In this document: in pieces, positions 29,685 to 39,532 of the stretch
Layout of the letters: each line of letters opens with the position of its first letter
How positions within the stretch are numbered: the first letter of the stretch is position 1
IMG/VR virus record: IMGVR_UViG_2974555854_000001
Location: 16,799-80,798 of that record
Strand: one strand, 5' to 3'
Length of the DNA: 64,000 nt
Source of the DNA: a virus
Taxonomy: Duplodnaviria; Caudoviricetes
Translations under genes and position numbers: made by a program
The notes under the pieces: generated by a model
The model's input: only the letters and a program-made list of their open reading frames with translations
Told to the model about the DNA's origin: nothing
Databases searched by the model: none

Positions 29685-30602
29685 TTAAACAGCGATATCT
29701 TCAAATTTAATCGGATCACCTGATTCATAATCAAGCAATTTGAAGTCATCAATTGTAAAATCATAGAAGTTTTTGACTTCAGGATTTACCCACAATGTAG
29801 GTGTTTTGAATTGTGGACGTTTAATCATTTCCAACATCTGTTCTTCGTGACGATCATAAATGTGTGCATTATCAATGTTAAGAACTAATGTCCCTACTTC
29901 CATCCCAACTACTTGAGCTATCATACGTTGCAGAACATAATACTGGAAAGCGTTAAACGGATTACCTAAAGGCATATCATTCGAACGAATATTCACTGTT
30001 AGATGAAGTTTTTCGTCCCATGTTTGCCAATGAGTTTCATAAACACAAGGCGGTAAAGCCATTTCAGGAATATCTTCTACACACCAAAATGTTGTTTTAA
30101 TTTGGTTAGAGTAGCGGTTATGGATTAAAGATTGAATAACATAATCAACTTGATCTAATTCAAGGAAAAGACCTTTTTCGTTATGGAATCCTCTTTTGAA
30201 CCCTTTACCTAATTGACTATGATCGATGTCTTTAACATGCATAGGTCGCTTCTTGTTGCGTAATTGCCATCCATAAGCTTTCCCTATCGTTCCGTCTTCA
30301 CGTTCCCACTGATCCCAAACTGTCTTATCAGTACCATTTAATTTACGAAGATCAGAAACATCGTTTGACTTCAATAACCAAAACCAAAACATTTCACGAA
30401 TAGGCGTTTTGTAACCTAGTTTTCTTAATGTTGGGAATGGACATTCACCATTGAAAACCATACGTTCATTCAAAACTGATCTAGCATATGCTGGTGATCC
30501 GTCAGAATCCCATCTAGCGCGAATTGGCTTACCTTCATTGCTCTTACCATTCTTAAAGATATTTTCTGTAATTCTAACGATCTGTTCATCATACGTTGAC
30601 AT
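29685..30602 (-). CDS. thyA: Thymidylate synthase
   Basis: MALPPC, RSND...G.PFN..QY and NAHIYDRH motifs. Confidence 0.95.
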   Translation of the reverse strand: MSTYDEQIVRITENIFKNGKSNEGKPIRARWDSDGSPAYARSVLNERMVFNGECPFPTLRKLGYKTPIREMFWFWLLKSNDVSDLRKLNGTDKTVWDQWEREDGTIGKAYGWQLRNKKRPMHVKDIDHSQLGKGFKRGFHNEKGLFLELDQVDYVIQSLIHNRYSNQIKTTFWCVEDIPEMALPPCVYETHWQTWDEKLHLTVNIRSNDMPLGNPFNAFQYYVLQRMIAQVVGMEVGTLVLNIDNAHIYDRHEEQMLEMIKRPQFKTPTLWVNPEVKNFYDFTIDDFKLLDYESGDPIKFEDIAV

Positions 30603-30758
30603 TCATTCACTCTCCTGGACTTCAAAATAATAGTTATTAGCGGCTACATAAAAGCCATTCATAAATGCTGTATATAAATCAAATGGATTTTGAACTGTTG
30701 TTACAGCTAGCAATCCATTGAGATAACCACGTTTAAAAGCAATCATATCGTACATCAT
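30603..30758 (-). CDS. Small hypothetical protein (51 aa), not in the ORF track
   Basis: Overlaps the sigma gene stop and abuts the thyA start; MMYDMIAFKRGYLNGLLAV... Confidence 0.55.
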   Translation of the reverse strand: MMYDMIAFKRGYLNGLLAVTTVQNPFDLYTAFMNGFYVAANNYYFEVQESE

Positions 30759-31456
30759 GCTATCACCAAATCAAAATGTGCTGCTGCTTTTGGTCTGATT
30801 CTTTTCTTGATGATACGACTAACATGTGCTTGACTGATGCCTAATCCTGCTGCAATTTCCTTCTGACCTTTATCCTGGATAAGTTGCTCAATTATGTACT
30901 TCTCGTTGTCAGGTAAAGTATCGAAGAATGCGTTAACTTCAACCATTGAATAGTCTTGTTTGAATCCGAAAAACGTTGATAAAAGATCATCTTCACTATC
31001 ATCAGCGAATACCGGCTTGTCCAAACTTTTAACAGTCATATTCAACGAATAATTAATTGCATCGTTAACTTCTTTTTCAGTTAACTTTGTGTCTTGCATA
31101 ATTTCTTTAACTTCTTTTTCGAAAGAACTTTCTCTATTGATTTTAGAAAAATGTTCTCTTACGTGACGTGGGTAGCGGATAGAAGTTGTTCTCTCCCTAG
31201 CCCAATGAAACCATTCGCCCATCATAACCTGAACAGCGTATGTTGAAAATTTAACGTCCGGTTTTTTGATCGGATCAAATCTAGCACAAGCGTTTAATAA
31301 ACCGATGCACACAACTTGCTCAATGTCTTCCTTTGAGTAGTTAGTGTGATTTTCGTCCTTAATCCAATATCCAGCTAATTTTTCATTCATTACGAAACCA
31401 ACTAGACCTTTGTTTTCTGCAAATAAAGCGTTTCTTTCCTCAATTGATCTTAACAT
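30755..31456 (-). CDS. RNA polymerase sigma factor (diverged SigF/SigG/SigB-like)
   Basis: Region 2 EDIEQ..CIGLLNACARFDP...FSTYAV; region 4 QKEIAAGLGISQAHVSRI; sigma-A promoter TTGAAA-17-TATAAT upstream. Confidence 0.88.
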   Translation of the reverse strand: MLRSIEERNALFAENKGLVGFVMNEKLAGYWIKDENHTNYSKEDIEQVVCIGLLNACARFDPIKKPDVKFSTYAVQVMMGEWFHWARERTTSIRYPRHVREHFSKINRESSFEKEVKEIMQDTKLTEKEVNDAINYSLNMTVKSLDKPVFADDSEDDLLSTFFGFKQDYSMVEVNAFFDTLPDNEKYIIEQLIQDKGQKEIAAGLGISQAHVSRIIKKRIRPKAAAHFDLVIA

Positions 31457-31571
31457 AATTTAAGTTCCCCCTTAAATTTTGGTTATAAAGTTAATACGTG
31501 TTGCATACCCTATGTGATGTAAGTTAATTATATACCGGTTTTTTTCAAATTTCAAGAATTATTTTCTAATT

Positions 31572-32300
31572 TTATGAATTTTTTTTGAGATAAACCGGAC
31601 AAATTGAACGCATGGTACAAAAAGCATTGCAGAAGAAAGGACTGTACTTCGCTTGGAAGGTGCTGTTCTTAATTTTGTTCCATGCACCTATAACTTTTAA
31701 CTTCGCTAACTCCATGAAAACATCATCTATAACAAATGCATGTTGTTGGTCATAAAGAGGAAAGTCGAATTCAAACTTATAAGGCATTTCACCATATTTG
31801 GCCTGGACTGCAAGCGCGTATACATATGGTTGAACTTTCTTTTTCAAAGCGGATTTTTCAAATGGCTTAGATTTTTTGTAATCGCGGATCACGATACCTC
31901 TTCCATCATGGTAAATAAAATCGACAAAACCGTGAATAGGTGGAATTCCGAACTGAATTGTATGTGTAAATTCCATTTCAACGTCCAGGACATTTAATTG
32001 ACTGATCTCATTAGCCTTTCTTTCTATTCCGTCTAGGGCCAAATGATATAAGTTCTGATGTTCTTCTTCAGGAACATAACAATAAGCGTAATTGTTAGTG
32101 AAATGATTCTTCGCTTGTTCTACTCCATATTCACGTTTAGCTATCTTTTCCATGATTTCATGAATAAGCGAACCTAAATCAGCATGCCAATCTACAGTAG
32201 CATCAAGATCATCCATCTTTTCTATATACTTAAATCCGAAATATAAAGGGCATTGCTCATGAAGTTCGATTCTGCTTGATGATAAATATTCCATTACCAC
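31572..32300 (-). CDS. PD-(D/E)XK Cas4/AddB-like exonuclease with probable Fe-S cluster
   Basis: QCP near the N-terminus, E...G.VD...DYKK, and C-terminal CxxxC-x5-C. Confidence 0.82.
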   Translation of the reverse strand: MVMEYLSSSRIELHEQCPLYFGFKYIEKMDDLDATVDWHADLGSLIHEIMEKIAKREYGVEQAKNHFTNNYAYCYVPEEEHQNLYHLALDGIERKANEISQLNVLDVEMEFTHTIQFGIPPIHGFVDFIYHDGRGIVIRDYKKSKPFEKSALKKKVQPYVYALAVQAKYGEMPYKFEFDFPLYDQQHAFVIDDVFMELAKLKVIGAWNKIKNSTFQAKYSPFFCNAFCTMRSICPVYLKKNS

Positions 32301-32557
32301 AACTCCTTGTAAACACTGACTTGATCCGGTGTGATAGCTTCTACTATTTTAAGGCCGCAAATGACGTTACTTTCAAGCATTTTGTCAGAGGTGAATGTAC
32401 ATGTTTTCAAATATTCTTTAATAGCTTGGCGTTGAATAGCTCCTAAAGCAACAGTATCCGGTTTATGACCATTGACAGCTATAAAAGTTTTTGTTTCTTC
32501 TTTGATTGTATCGATAATTGTTTTCATGTTAATCATACGCATATTAACTACCTCCAA
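32294..32557 (-). CDS. Hypothetical protein
   Basis: 87-aa ORF with RBS. Confidence 0.55.
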   Translation of the reverse strand: MEVVNMRMINMKTIIDTIKEETKTFIAVNGHKPDTVALGAIQRQAIKEYLKTCTFTSDKMLESNVICGLKIVEAITPDQVSVYKELW

Positions 32558-32597
32558 TAATATAAAGCCCTACCGAATGGACAGCAGGGCCAATAGT

Positions 32598-32894
32598 TTA
32601 CTTATTTTCTTTGTTTACCTGGACTTTATTATACCATTCAACGGCTTGTGTACGAGTCATTTTAGTCATATGCAAGAAAGCAGCTAATAAATCTGAATCA
32701 TCAACATCTTCACCGCGACAAAAGTTACAAGAAATTGTTTCATGATTTCTTTCTTCATCGACAATGTGTTCATAACCATCACCTTCAGCACAATCATCAG
32801 AACACCAATGATGACCGCATTCACAACTCACATGATAACCACAATCAGGAAAAGTATCTTCACAAGATTTACAAGCATAATAATCTACACCCAT
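32598..32894 (-). CDS. Cys-rich zinc-binding protein
   Basis: CxxC, CxC and CxxC motifs. Confidence 0.6.
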   Translation of the reverse strand: MGVDYYACKSCEDTFPDCGYHVSCECGHHWCSDDCAEGDGYEHIVDEERNHETISCNFCRGEDVDDSDLLAAFLHMTKMTRTQAVEWYNKVQVNKENK

Positions 32895-33244
32895 TACTCA
32901 ACACCATCACTTTCAGCTAGTCTTTTTAAGGCATCACCATTTTTAGCAACAGCTTTTTCAAATGACTTTCTGACATCTGATTTAACTTTATCACTTAATT
33001 CATTCCAACAACCTGTACATAATCCTTTTTCAAATGCTTCACTTTTAACATTTACCCACTTGAATTCTTGACAAGATGGACAAGGAATATAATGTTTCGT
33101 TTGACCGCCGCGAACTTTGCTTACGTTACGTTGCGTTTCAATTGTGCTACCATTTACCAGGGTAATCATAACCGTGTCCTTCTGTACTCTCTTTCTTCCA
33201 TTTCCTTTTCTTTTTCCCATATCTTCATCTGTTCCTCTCTGCAT
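32894..33244 (-). CDS. Zinc-ribbon protein
   Basis: CPSC...CTGC. Confidence 0.55.
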   Translation of the reverse strand: MQRGTDEDMGKRKGNGRKRVQKDTVMITLVNGSTIETQRNVSKVRGGQTKHYIPCPSCQEFKWVNVKSEAFEKGLCTGCWNELSDKVKSDVRKSFEKAVAKNGDALKRLAESDGVE

Positions 33245-33307
33245 TTATCACATAAACGATAAATATAAGCATTTATTTTCTTACCACAATATTCACAAGG
33301 TTGAATA

Positions 33308-33487
33308 TCACTTAACACTGTCCCACTTCCTAGTCTCTTCTCGACTCATTCTCAATAGATACGATAGGTAGCGAAGATATTCAGGATCATTCTCTACTTT
33401 ACCTTCAAGAATAACCATCATAGCTGTTACGATTTCTTGTTCAAAATTTAGAATATTTTCGTTTGCTTGTACGATATTTTCACTCAT
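33308..33487 (-). CDS. Small hypothetical protein (59 aa), not in the ORF track
   Basis: Start overlaps the primase stop; MSENIVQANENILNFEQEIVTAMM... Confidence 0.6.
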   Translation of the reverse strand: MSENIVQANENILNFEQEIVTAMMVILEGKVENDPEYLRYLSYLLRMSREETRKWDSVK

Positions 33488-34518
33488 TGTTGAACCCCCT
33501 TAAATTCTTGAGCCATTTTTAAACTAAGCATGAAACTGTCTTTCACTAAATCCGCAGGATCAAAACCTAAAATAGAAGGCATTGTTAACCAAACATTTTT
33601 ACCTCTTTGTTTCAATTCTTGGGCCAATTTAACAGCTGAAGCTTGACTTGCTTGTGTAGCATCATTATCAGCAAATATCACAATATTATCAACACCCATA
33701 CCACAAAGTAATTGTACTTGTTCAGGTGTTGTAGTATTGCTTAATGTAGCAACAAAATTTCCATAGTCGTATTGTACAGCTCTCCATACAGAAGGAGCAC
33801 CCTCAACGACTCCCACCCACCCACGAGACATAGCGTGAACCTTTGCTACACGATAATTATAAAGTGTTCTTTTTGCTAAATATCCTTGTTCTGTTGATCC
33901 GAATAGATATTTAGGGAACGTTTCATTATCAGCAGCGCGGCCCTGGAATGCTATGATCTTCATATTTTCATCTAAAATCGGTATAGTAAGACGATCTTTG
34001 AGCAAATTATTAAGGTTACAGTATCCCAATTGAAACATTTTCGCTATTTCAGGTGTATAACCTCTTCCTTGCCAATAAACGTGTAATTTCCCACTATTAA
34101 AAGCTTCTAAAGTTGTCTTATCAAAATATGTAGGAACAACAGTTTGTGGTTCTAATTCAATTTTTTCAGCTGCTTGTACACCATTTTCATTACCTGAAGC
34201 GAATACCATTACATCAATTGCTTTCCTAAAACTGTATCCCATATGTGCGGTTAAGAAATCAACCGTATCGATATTTCCAAATGTTCTATGTGTAAAGTCT
34301 GACCAGCGCCACTTACTTTCATTGGGATAAAAAGTAATTCCTAAAGCAGAAGGATTATCACCTCCACGAAAGAAAGCATTGATTCGCCAATCGATAACGA
34401 TGCCTTTATTAGTTTTTTTATGCGGTTTTAAATTCTCTATAGGAGCACCAATGAACGTCATTAAAGCTCCAATATCTAAACCACGATTCAATTCTTTCAT
34501 TTCAGTGGAAGTAATCAT
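33484..34518 (-). CDS. dnaG: DNA primase (DnaG-like, TOPRIM)
   Basis: RLTIPI...AFQGR...PKYL, VVEG and FADND motifs. Confidence 0.88.
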   Translation of the reverse strand: MITSTEMKELNRGLDIGALMTFIGAPIENLKPHKKTNKGIVIDWRINAFFRGGDNPSALGITFYPNESKWRWSDFTHRTFGNIDTVDFLTAHMGYSFRKAIDVMVFASGNENGVQAAEKIELEPQTVVPTYFDKTTLEAFNSGKLHVYWQGRGYTPEIAKMFQLGYCNLNNLLKDRLTIPILDENMKIIAFQGRAADNETFPKYLFGSTEQGYLAKRTLYNYRVAKVHAMSRGWVGVVEGAPSVWRAVQYDYGNFVATLSNTTTPEQVQLLCGMGVDNIVIFADNDATQASQASAVKLAQELKQRGKNVWLTMPSILGFDPADLVKDSFMLSLKMAQEFKGVQQ

Positions 34519-34520
34519 AA

Positions 34521-35891
34521 CTATAGCTCCTTTATTCTATGGAAATCGTTGAACCATAAGTCAACAGTTTTTCCTTCATCTTTACGATCAATTTTACGGC
34601 CCATTACAAGCTCAAGATAATGTGTTCCTTGATGTTGGTGTGAGTTTTCATAGCCTGGACGATTCTTTCTTAATACAAAGATAACGTCACCTAACTTAGT
34701 GAAGTGAGAAGTTTCAGCAAATCTAGCTTTACCTTTTTCATCTACCCACATCTGACCGCTTGTAATAACAGGAATATCACATTGCTTTGCAATTTTCTCT
34801 TTAAGTGTATCAATTTTAGCGGCTAATAACAAATCGGTACGGCCCTTTTCTACTTCATGAGACTGAATTTTAACATAGTCATAAGTGAAAAGCTCAATAC
34901 CTTCCTGCATTTGCAGCAGCTTAACTTTACTTTCAAGTTCTGAATTGGTCATTTCGTTCGCGTTAAAATGAAAAAACGGTGTCATTTCAATCACGTCATA
35001 TGCATCTATTAGCGCTTGTTTTTGCTTATCTGTTAAGAAAGGCTCACCATTCGGTTTAATGTCTTCTGATGCCATTATCTGTTCTTCGGTAAGGCCGGCT
35101 TCTTTCGCTAATAATCGCATTAAAACTTCTTCATCGAACATTTCTGTATCCGCATAAGCTGTTGGTATCCCTAAATTTCTAGCAACATACCAGGAGATAT
35201 CAAGCATAACAGATGACTTACCAATCTTTTCTTCAGCACCGATAACATACAATGCTTTTTTACGAAGATTTTTCATTAGTTTGTTCATCTTAGGATACTT
35301 ACCGCCGATATTGATGCCTTCAATTTCTTTATTCTTAATCTTCTCTTTGATCCGGTCTAACTTTGAACCGATTTTAGTTATCTTCTCGTGAGTTCTGATT
35401 GAATCAGCAAGAAAATAAGTAGCAGTTTTGATGTGAGTGTCCATTTCTTCAAGGTCTTCAAACTGCTTATTACCTTCATCGGTGTTAGTTATAGCAAATG
35501 TACGAATTTTAGCTGAAAGATCAATACATTTACGGCGATAAGATAAACTTTTTAATGTTTTCATTTGTTCTGTTACAGCTGGTGATTCAGGTAGTGTATC
35601 ATCTATAAGGCTTCTTACAGCTTGTACACCACCAATACCCATAAGACAGTCATACCCTTCCTTGTTTGTGTTCTCAAGGAGTGTCATAATACCTTCAGGA
35701 GTTACATCACCATCAGCAGCAAGGCGTTTGATAGCACCAAATGTAAATCTACAGTAAGGAAAGAAAAAGTCATCAGCTTTTAATTCCTGACCAATTATTG
35801 TAATCATAGCAGGTCTTGTCATCAAAACCTTCAAGATATATGTTTCTGTTGAATTTGAGCTTAACGCTGCTTTAGGATCACTAACTGTCAT
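34521..35891 (-). CDS. dnaB: Replicative DNA helicase (DnaB-like)
   Basis: Degenerate Walker A GAEEKIGKS, DTEM and YDYV motifs; DnaB N-terminal domain. Confidence 0.85.
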   Translation of the reverse strand: MTVSDPKAALSSNSTETYILKVLMTRPAMITIIGQELKADDFFFPYCRFTFGAIKRLAADGDVTPEGIMTLLENTNKEGYDCLMGIGGVQAVRSLIDDTLPESPAVTEQMKTLKSLSYRRKCIDLSAKIRTFAITNTDEGNKQFEDLEEMDTHIKTATYFLADSIRTHEKITKIGSKLDRIKEKIKNKEIEGINIGGKYPKMNKLMKNLRKKALYVIGAEEKIGKSSVMLDISWYVARNLGIPTAYADTEMFDEEVLMRLLAKEAGLTEEQIMASEDIKPNGEPFLTDKQKQALIDAYDVIEMTPFFHFNANEMTNSELESKVKLLQMQEGIELFTYDYVKIQSHEVEKGRTDLLLAAKIDTLKEKIAKQCDIPVITSGQMWVDEKGKARFAETSHFTKLGDVIFVLRKNRPGYENSHQHQGTHYLELVMGRKIDRKDEGKTVDLWFNDFHRIKEL

Positions 35892-35897
35892 TGCTAA

Positions 35898-36443
35898 TTA
35901 CCTCCAAATCTTAACCCACCGTACAATATGAATAGGTGCATAAAACAAATCGCACAAATTGTTATTTCTAATTTTTTTATCATAATCAATAAACTGGAAA
36001 GCTTTTCTATCGTGCCAAATGCGTTGACAAGCATGTTTGAAACCACGATCTTTACGCATACGTCTAAATCTTTTCCATAATGATGATTCAATGTAGATGA
36101 CCATTATGTTTTCTCTTCCTACTTTTTCAGAAAGGAATTCAACACCAGCTGGATCAATAACATAAATATCGTTTTCAACCATTTGGTCAAGTGTAGCGAA
36201 ATAATCATGACCATCAAAGCGTGTATAAGCAATTATTTCTTCATTATGAACCATTACGGTACTTTGAACAGGTGTTACGAATTCGTGAGTATCTTCGCCT
36301 TCGAAACGCGGTTCACGAGAAGTATAACTTTTTAATTCAGATAAACCATAACGTTCTAAATCTTTAGCGATTGTCGATTTCCCTGTCCCGCTTTTACCAA
36401 CAAGACAGACTATTCTATCTTGACCTTTTAGAAATGTAGTCAT
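35898..36443 (-). CDS. gmk: Guanylate kinase
   Basis: GKSGTGKST P-loop, SYTSREPR..E and Y.T motifs. Confidence 0.88.
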   Translation of the reverse strand: MTTFLKGQDRIVCLVGKSGTGKSTIAKDLERYGLSELKSYTSREPRFEGEDTHEFVTPVQSTVMVHNEEIIAYTRFDGHDYFATLDQMVENDIYVIDPAGVEFLSEKVGRENIMVIYIESSLWKRFRRMRKDRGFKHACQRIWHDRKAFQFIDYDKKIRNNNLCDLFYAPIHIVRWVKIWR

Positions 36444-36621
36444 TGATTTCCTCCTTAGTCATTTCAACATGCACTACTTCGCCACTTAAAGAAGACCAAT
36501 CTGTAAAATCATTTGGCATTCTACAATTATGTTTGTCATAAACGGTGATGTTATTTGTATCCTGCTCTTTCCATTTCTTGTTTAATTCCTGCATCGACAC
36601 ACCGCGTTTTACTCTAGGCAT
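36415..36621 (-). CDS. Hypothetical protein
   Basis: 68 aa in the packed operon. Confidence 0.5.
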   Translation of the reverse strand: MPRVKRGVSMQELNKKWKEQDTNNITVYDKHNCRMPNDFTDWSSLSGEVVHVEMTKEEINDYISKRSR

Positions 36622-36964
36622 ACTTCACTAACCCCTCATTCTTCCACCAATTATCACGCTTACCTTGTAATTGACAACTGATAATGATATATTTGTTACT
36701 AGCTGTTTTACGACAAATGAACTGCATTCTTTCGTTCATCGAACCGGCTACTTCATAACGTCTTTCTCTACTTCCTGGTAAGAAAGCGGCTAATTTTGTA
36801 TTCCTGAACTTTCTAATGATTTGAGTTCTAGTTGCATCGATATCTAAGCCTTCAACTTCAAGGTTCTGTCTTTCTACAAAACGAATAACAGCGTGATCCG
36901 ACATAAACACTTTAATATCTCCAATATAATTACGTCTAACTCGATTTTTATAATGGTTTGCCAC
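36614..36964 (-). CDS. Hypothetical protein with HA..R..ER motif (possible RelE/DUF4258-like RNase fold)
   Basis: SDHAVIRFVER. Confidence 0.4.
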   Translation of the reverse strand: MANHYKNRVRRNYIGDIKVFMSDHAVIRFVERQNLEVEGLDIDATRTQIIRKFRNTKLAAFLPGSRERRYEVAGSMNERMQFICRKTASNKYIIISCQLQGKRDNWWKNEGLVKYA

Positions 36965-36979
36965 GTTAATACCTCCTTA

Positions 36980-37420
36980 TCACCATTCTTCTGTATCAAG
37001 CCAATTTAATTTCTTTTTCTTATTTTTATTATAACCATTAGAACCAATATTTTCAACGTTTTCTTTTTGTTTAGGGCTATAAATATCTAAATCATTTGAA
37101 GATTCTTTTTCATGCGACTTGATTTCTTCAGCGATTGCACGGCCTTTCCAATATCCAATGCTTTCAGGTAGAACATCATAACCTAAACTACCAATCGATC
37201 TGAAACGTTTGCCGGTCATTTGAGCATATTTAATTGCATTTACGATGATTTCGTTTGTTGAAAGTTCTGTTTCGATGTTGTTTTCTTCCAGGTACTTAGC
37301 GACTGTTTTACGAAGTTGAGCCATCATAATACCCATGCGGCGCTTTTCTGAAGGTGTGAATGGTTGACCGTGTTCAAAAGTTTTAATAAATAAATCGGTT
37401 ACATCTTTATTTTTAATCAT
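36980..37420 (-). CDS. Hypothetical protein (possible replication accessory factor)
   Basis: 146 aa heading the helicase/primase operon. Confidence 0.5.
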   Translation of the reverse strand: MIKNKDVTDLFIKTFEHGQPFTPSEKRRMGIMMAQLRKTVAKYLEENNIETELSTNEIIVNAIKYAQMTGKRFRSIGSLGYDVLPESIGYWKGRAIAEEIKSHEKESSNDLDIYSPKQKENVENIGSNGYNKNKKKKLNWLDTEEW

Positions 37421-37589
37421 AATTAATCTCTCCTTGTCTTTTTCAGAAATACAAAATGTCTAAAATGTTGCCACGAACACGGAAACAAACCCCCATGTTG
37501 CCATAAAAAGTGCAACAGAATTCCGTTGTATATAGACATTTAGACAAAAATAAATAGGGATGCTATTAAACACCCCTATATTTAATTAC

Positions 37590-38372
37590 TTACCATAAAT
37601 CAGCGAACATTTGAGCTACATCACCGCGTTCTGACTTCTGCATTTCAACTAGCCCTACCAGCGAAGGCCACTTCTTGTTTTCAAATGCCTTAACTCCATT
37701 CAGAAGACCATTTTTTTCACCGCGATATTTATAATCGAACGCTTGTTTGTAATCTCCTGCAAATACGATCTGACTTTTAAATCCTACCCTAGAACCTAAC
37801 ATTTGAAACAAGTCATTACAAAGCATTTGAGCTTCTTCAACAATAACAAATGTCTTTTCCCATGTGATCCCCTGTTGATAAGCAGGAGTATCGAATTCAA
37901 TAGCAGACATTACATCGTAAGCTTCATCACCGCAAAGGTTAGTGATTGTCTTGATCCAGGGCGCTAATTTTTCCTCTTTTGTTCCTGGTAATAGACCTAA
38001 ATCCTTTCCGACTGTAGCAGGATTACGTAAAATTAAGATTTTTTCAATCGGATTGTGATAATCAAGCAGCTTTTTTAAAGCGAATTCGAAAGCCATTCTT
38101 GTTTTACCACCACCGGCAACACCGGTTAACAGTTTTACAGGGACTAAATCGTTATCAAGTAGATCGAAAGCCATTTTTTGTTCATCATTTCTAGGCTTGA
38201 TACTTTTAATCTCATATTTCAATGGGACTAATTCTGTACCATTAAAGCGGCTAATGTCACCATCGATGATAACGTATTGATTATTTCTAAAAGGGTATTC
38301 AGTACCACCTACTTCTAGGTACTCGTTTAATTCTTCGCTTGTATAATGTATAAACCCTTTGTAGATTTCCAT
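37590..38372 (-). CDS. phoH: PhoH-family ATPase
   Basis: PRNDEQ, GVAGGGKT, LG.LPG..EEK, EEAQ and GD..Q motifs. Confidence 0.92.
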   Translation of the reverse strand: MEIYKGFIHYTSEELNEYLEVGGTEYPFRNNQYVIIDGDISRFNGTELVPLKYEIKSIKPRNDEQKMAFDLLDNDLVPVKLLTGVAGGGKTRMAFEFALKKLLDYHNPIEKILILRNPATVGKDLGLLPGTKEEKLAPWIKTITNLCGDEAYDVMSAIEFDTPAYQQGITWEKTFVIVEEAQMLCNDLFQMLGSRVGFKSQIVFAGDYKQAFDYKYRGEKNGLLNGVKAFENKKWPSLVGLVEMQKSERGDVAQMFADLW

Positions 38373-38389
38373 GTAAAAACCTCTTTCTG

Positions 38390-38992
38390 TTAGTTGATTG
38401 GATTACCTTCTGTATCAATAACTGTAGCGTTTTCAGGAACGAATAATAATTCTCTAGTTGGGAATTTCATCATCGTGTTCATCAGGATTTCGTGGCCCTG
38501 TTCTTTATGATGCTTCAATACTTCGATTGTAGCTTTAATGTCATGGTACGCGTCATGGTGATTGTCAAGTTTGATACCTAGACGTTCACATGTTGGTTTT
38601 AATGATGAATTTTCATCAGGATAATGATACTGATTCAATGTTTTGGTACAAATAAATGCACCTAAATTTAATTTCAAACATGGGTCACCTTGATTTAAGA
38701 AAGCTAAATCGAATGAAGCGAATTGAGCTACAGTGATCGTATCTTTTAACAAATCACTAATCATATAAATTGCATCTTCTTCTTTAAGGCCATATAACAA
38801 ATCATCTTTAGTCACTTTAAGCAACTCTTGAATGAAAGGCGTTAACTGTTTACCTCTATGAAGCTTAACTTTGAAATTAACTTCTCCAACGATGTTGAAA
38901 TCATCGTCTGTACGGATCAGCGCGGCCTGGATGATTTGATCTGCTCCTGGAATTAAACCTGTTGTTTCTAAATCGATAAATGAATATGTCAT
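38390..38992 (-). CDS. DEDDh 3'-5' exonuclease (DNA Pol III epsilon-like)
   Basis: IDLETTG, FDL.FL and HHDAYHD motifs. Confidence 0.88.
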   Translation of the reverse strand: MTYSFIDLETTGLIPGADQIIQAALIRTDDDFNIVGEVNFKVKLHRGKQLTPFIQELLKVTKDDLLYGLKEEDAIYMISDLLKDTITVAQFASFDLAFLNQGDPCLKLNLGAFICTKTLNQYHYPDENSSLKPTCERLGIKLDNHHDAYHDIKATIEVLKHHKEQGHEILMNTMMKFPTRELLFVPENATVIDTEGNPIN

Positions 38993-39008
38993 TTTTTCTC
39001 CACCTTTT

Positions 39009-39503
39009 TTATTTAATCATTTCCCAATTGACCTTTAATACTTTCTTGTCCTCTTTGTACCATTCGGTGTTGCATTTAGTACAAAAAGCGTGATTAGTTT
39101 TTTCATCTGCTGACTGTAAATTATGTACACCTAATCTACGAACATGTTTTATGTCTTTACAAGTAGGGCAACGGTCAAAGTTTCTCCACTTAATGACTTC
39201 GTATTTGAATCGTCTTTTAGTAGAAACATTCCGACTTTTTATGAAATTAGACACTGTACTAGTTGGTAATGCTGTATCCTGGACGATTGAATAGATACTA
39301 TAACCATTTTGAAAGCGGTCAGTAATAACATCCTTAACTTCTTCAGTAAATAAGAAGCGTTTACCATTACCGATATAATTTTTATTCAAATCAAGATAGT
39401 TACGAAGCTCATGTTTCACGCTTTCGATATCTTCTAAATCTAAATCAACCATGATTTCCTTTAAACTATCACCATCTGCATACAATTGAGCTAATTTTAT
39501 CAT
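39009..39503 (-). CDS. HTH/zinc-ribbon DNA-binding protein
   Basis: Helical HTH-like segments plus CPTC...CTKC. Confidence 0.55.
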   Translation of the reverse strand: MIKLAQLYADGDSLKEIMVDLDLEDIESVKHELRNYLDLNKNYIGNGKRFLFTEEVKDVITDRFQNGYSIYSIVQDTALPTSTVSNFIKSRNVSTKRRFKYEVIKWRNFDRCPTCKDIKHVRRLGVHNLQSADEKTNHAFCTKCNTEWYKEDKKVLKVNWEMIK

Positions 39504-39532
39504 AATAGTTCCCCCTTAAAATCCAGGGGAGG

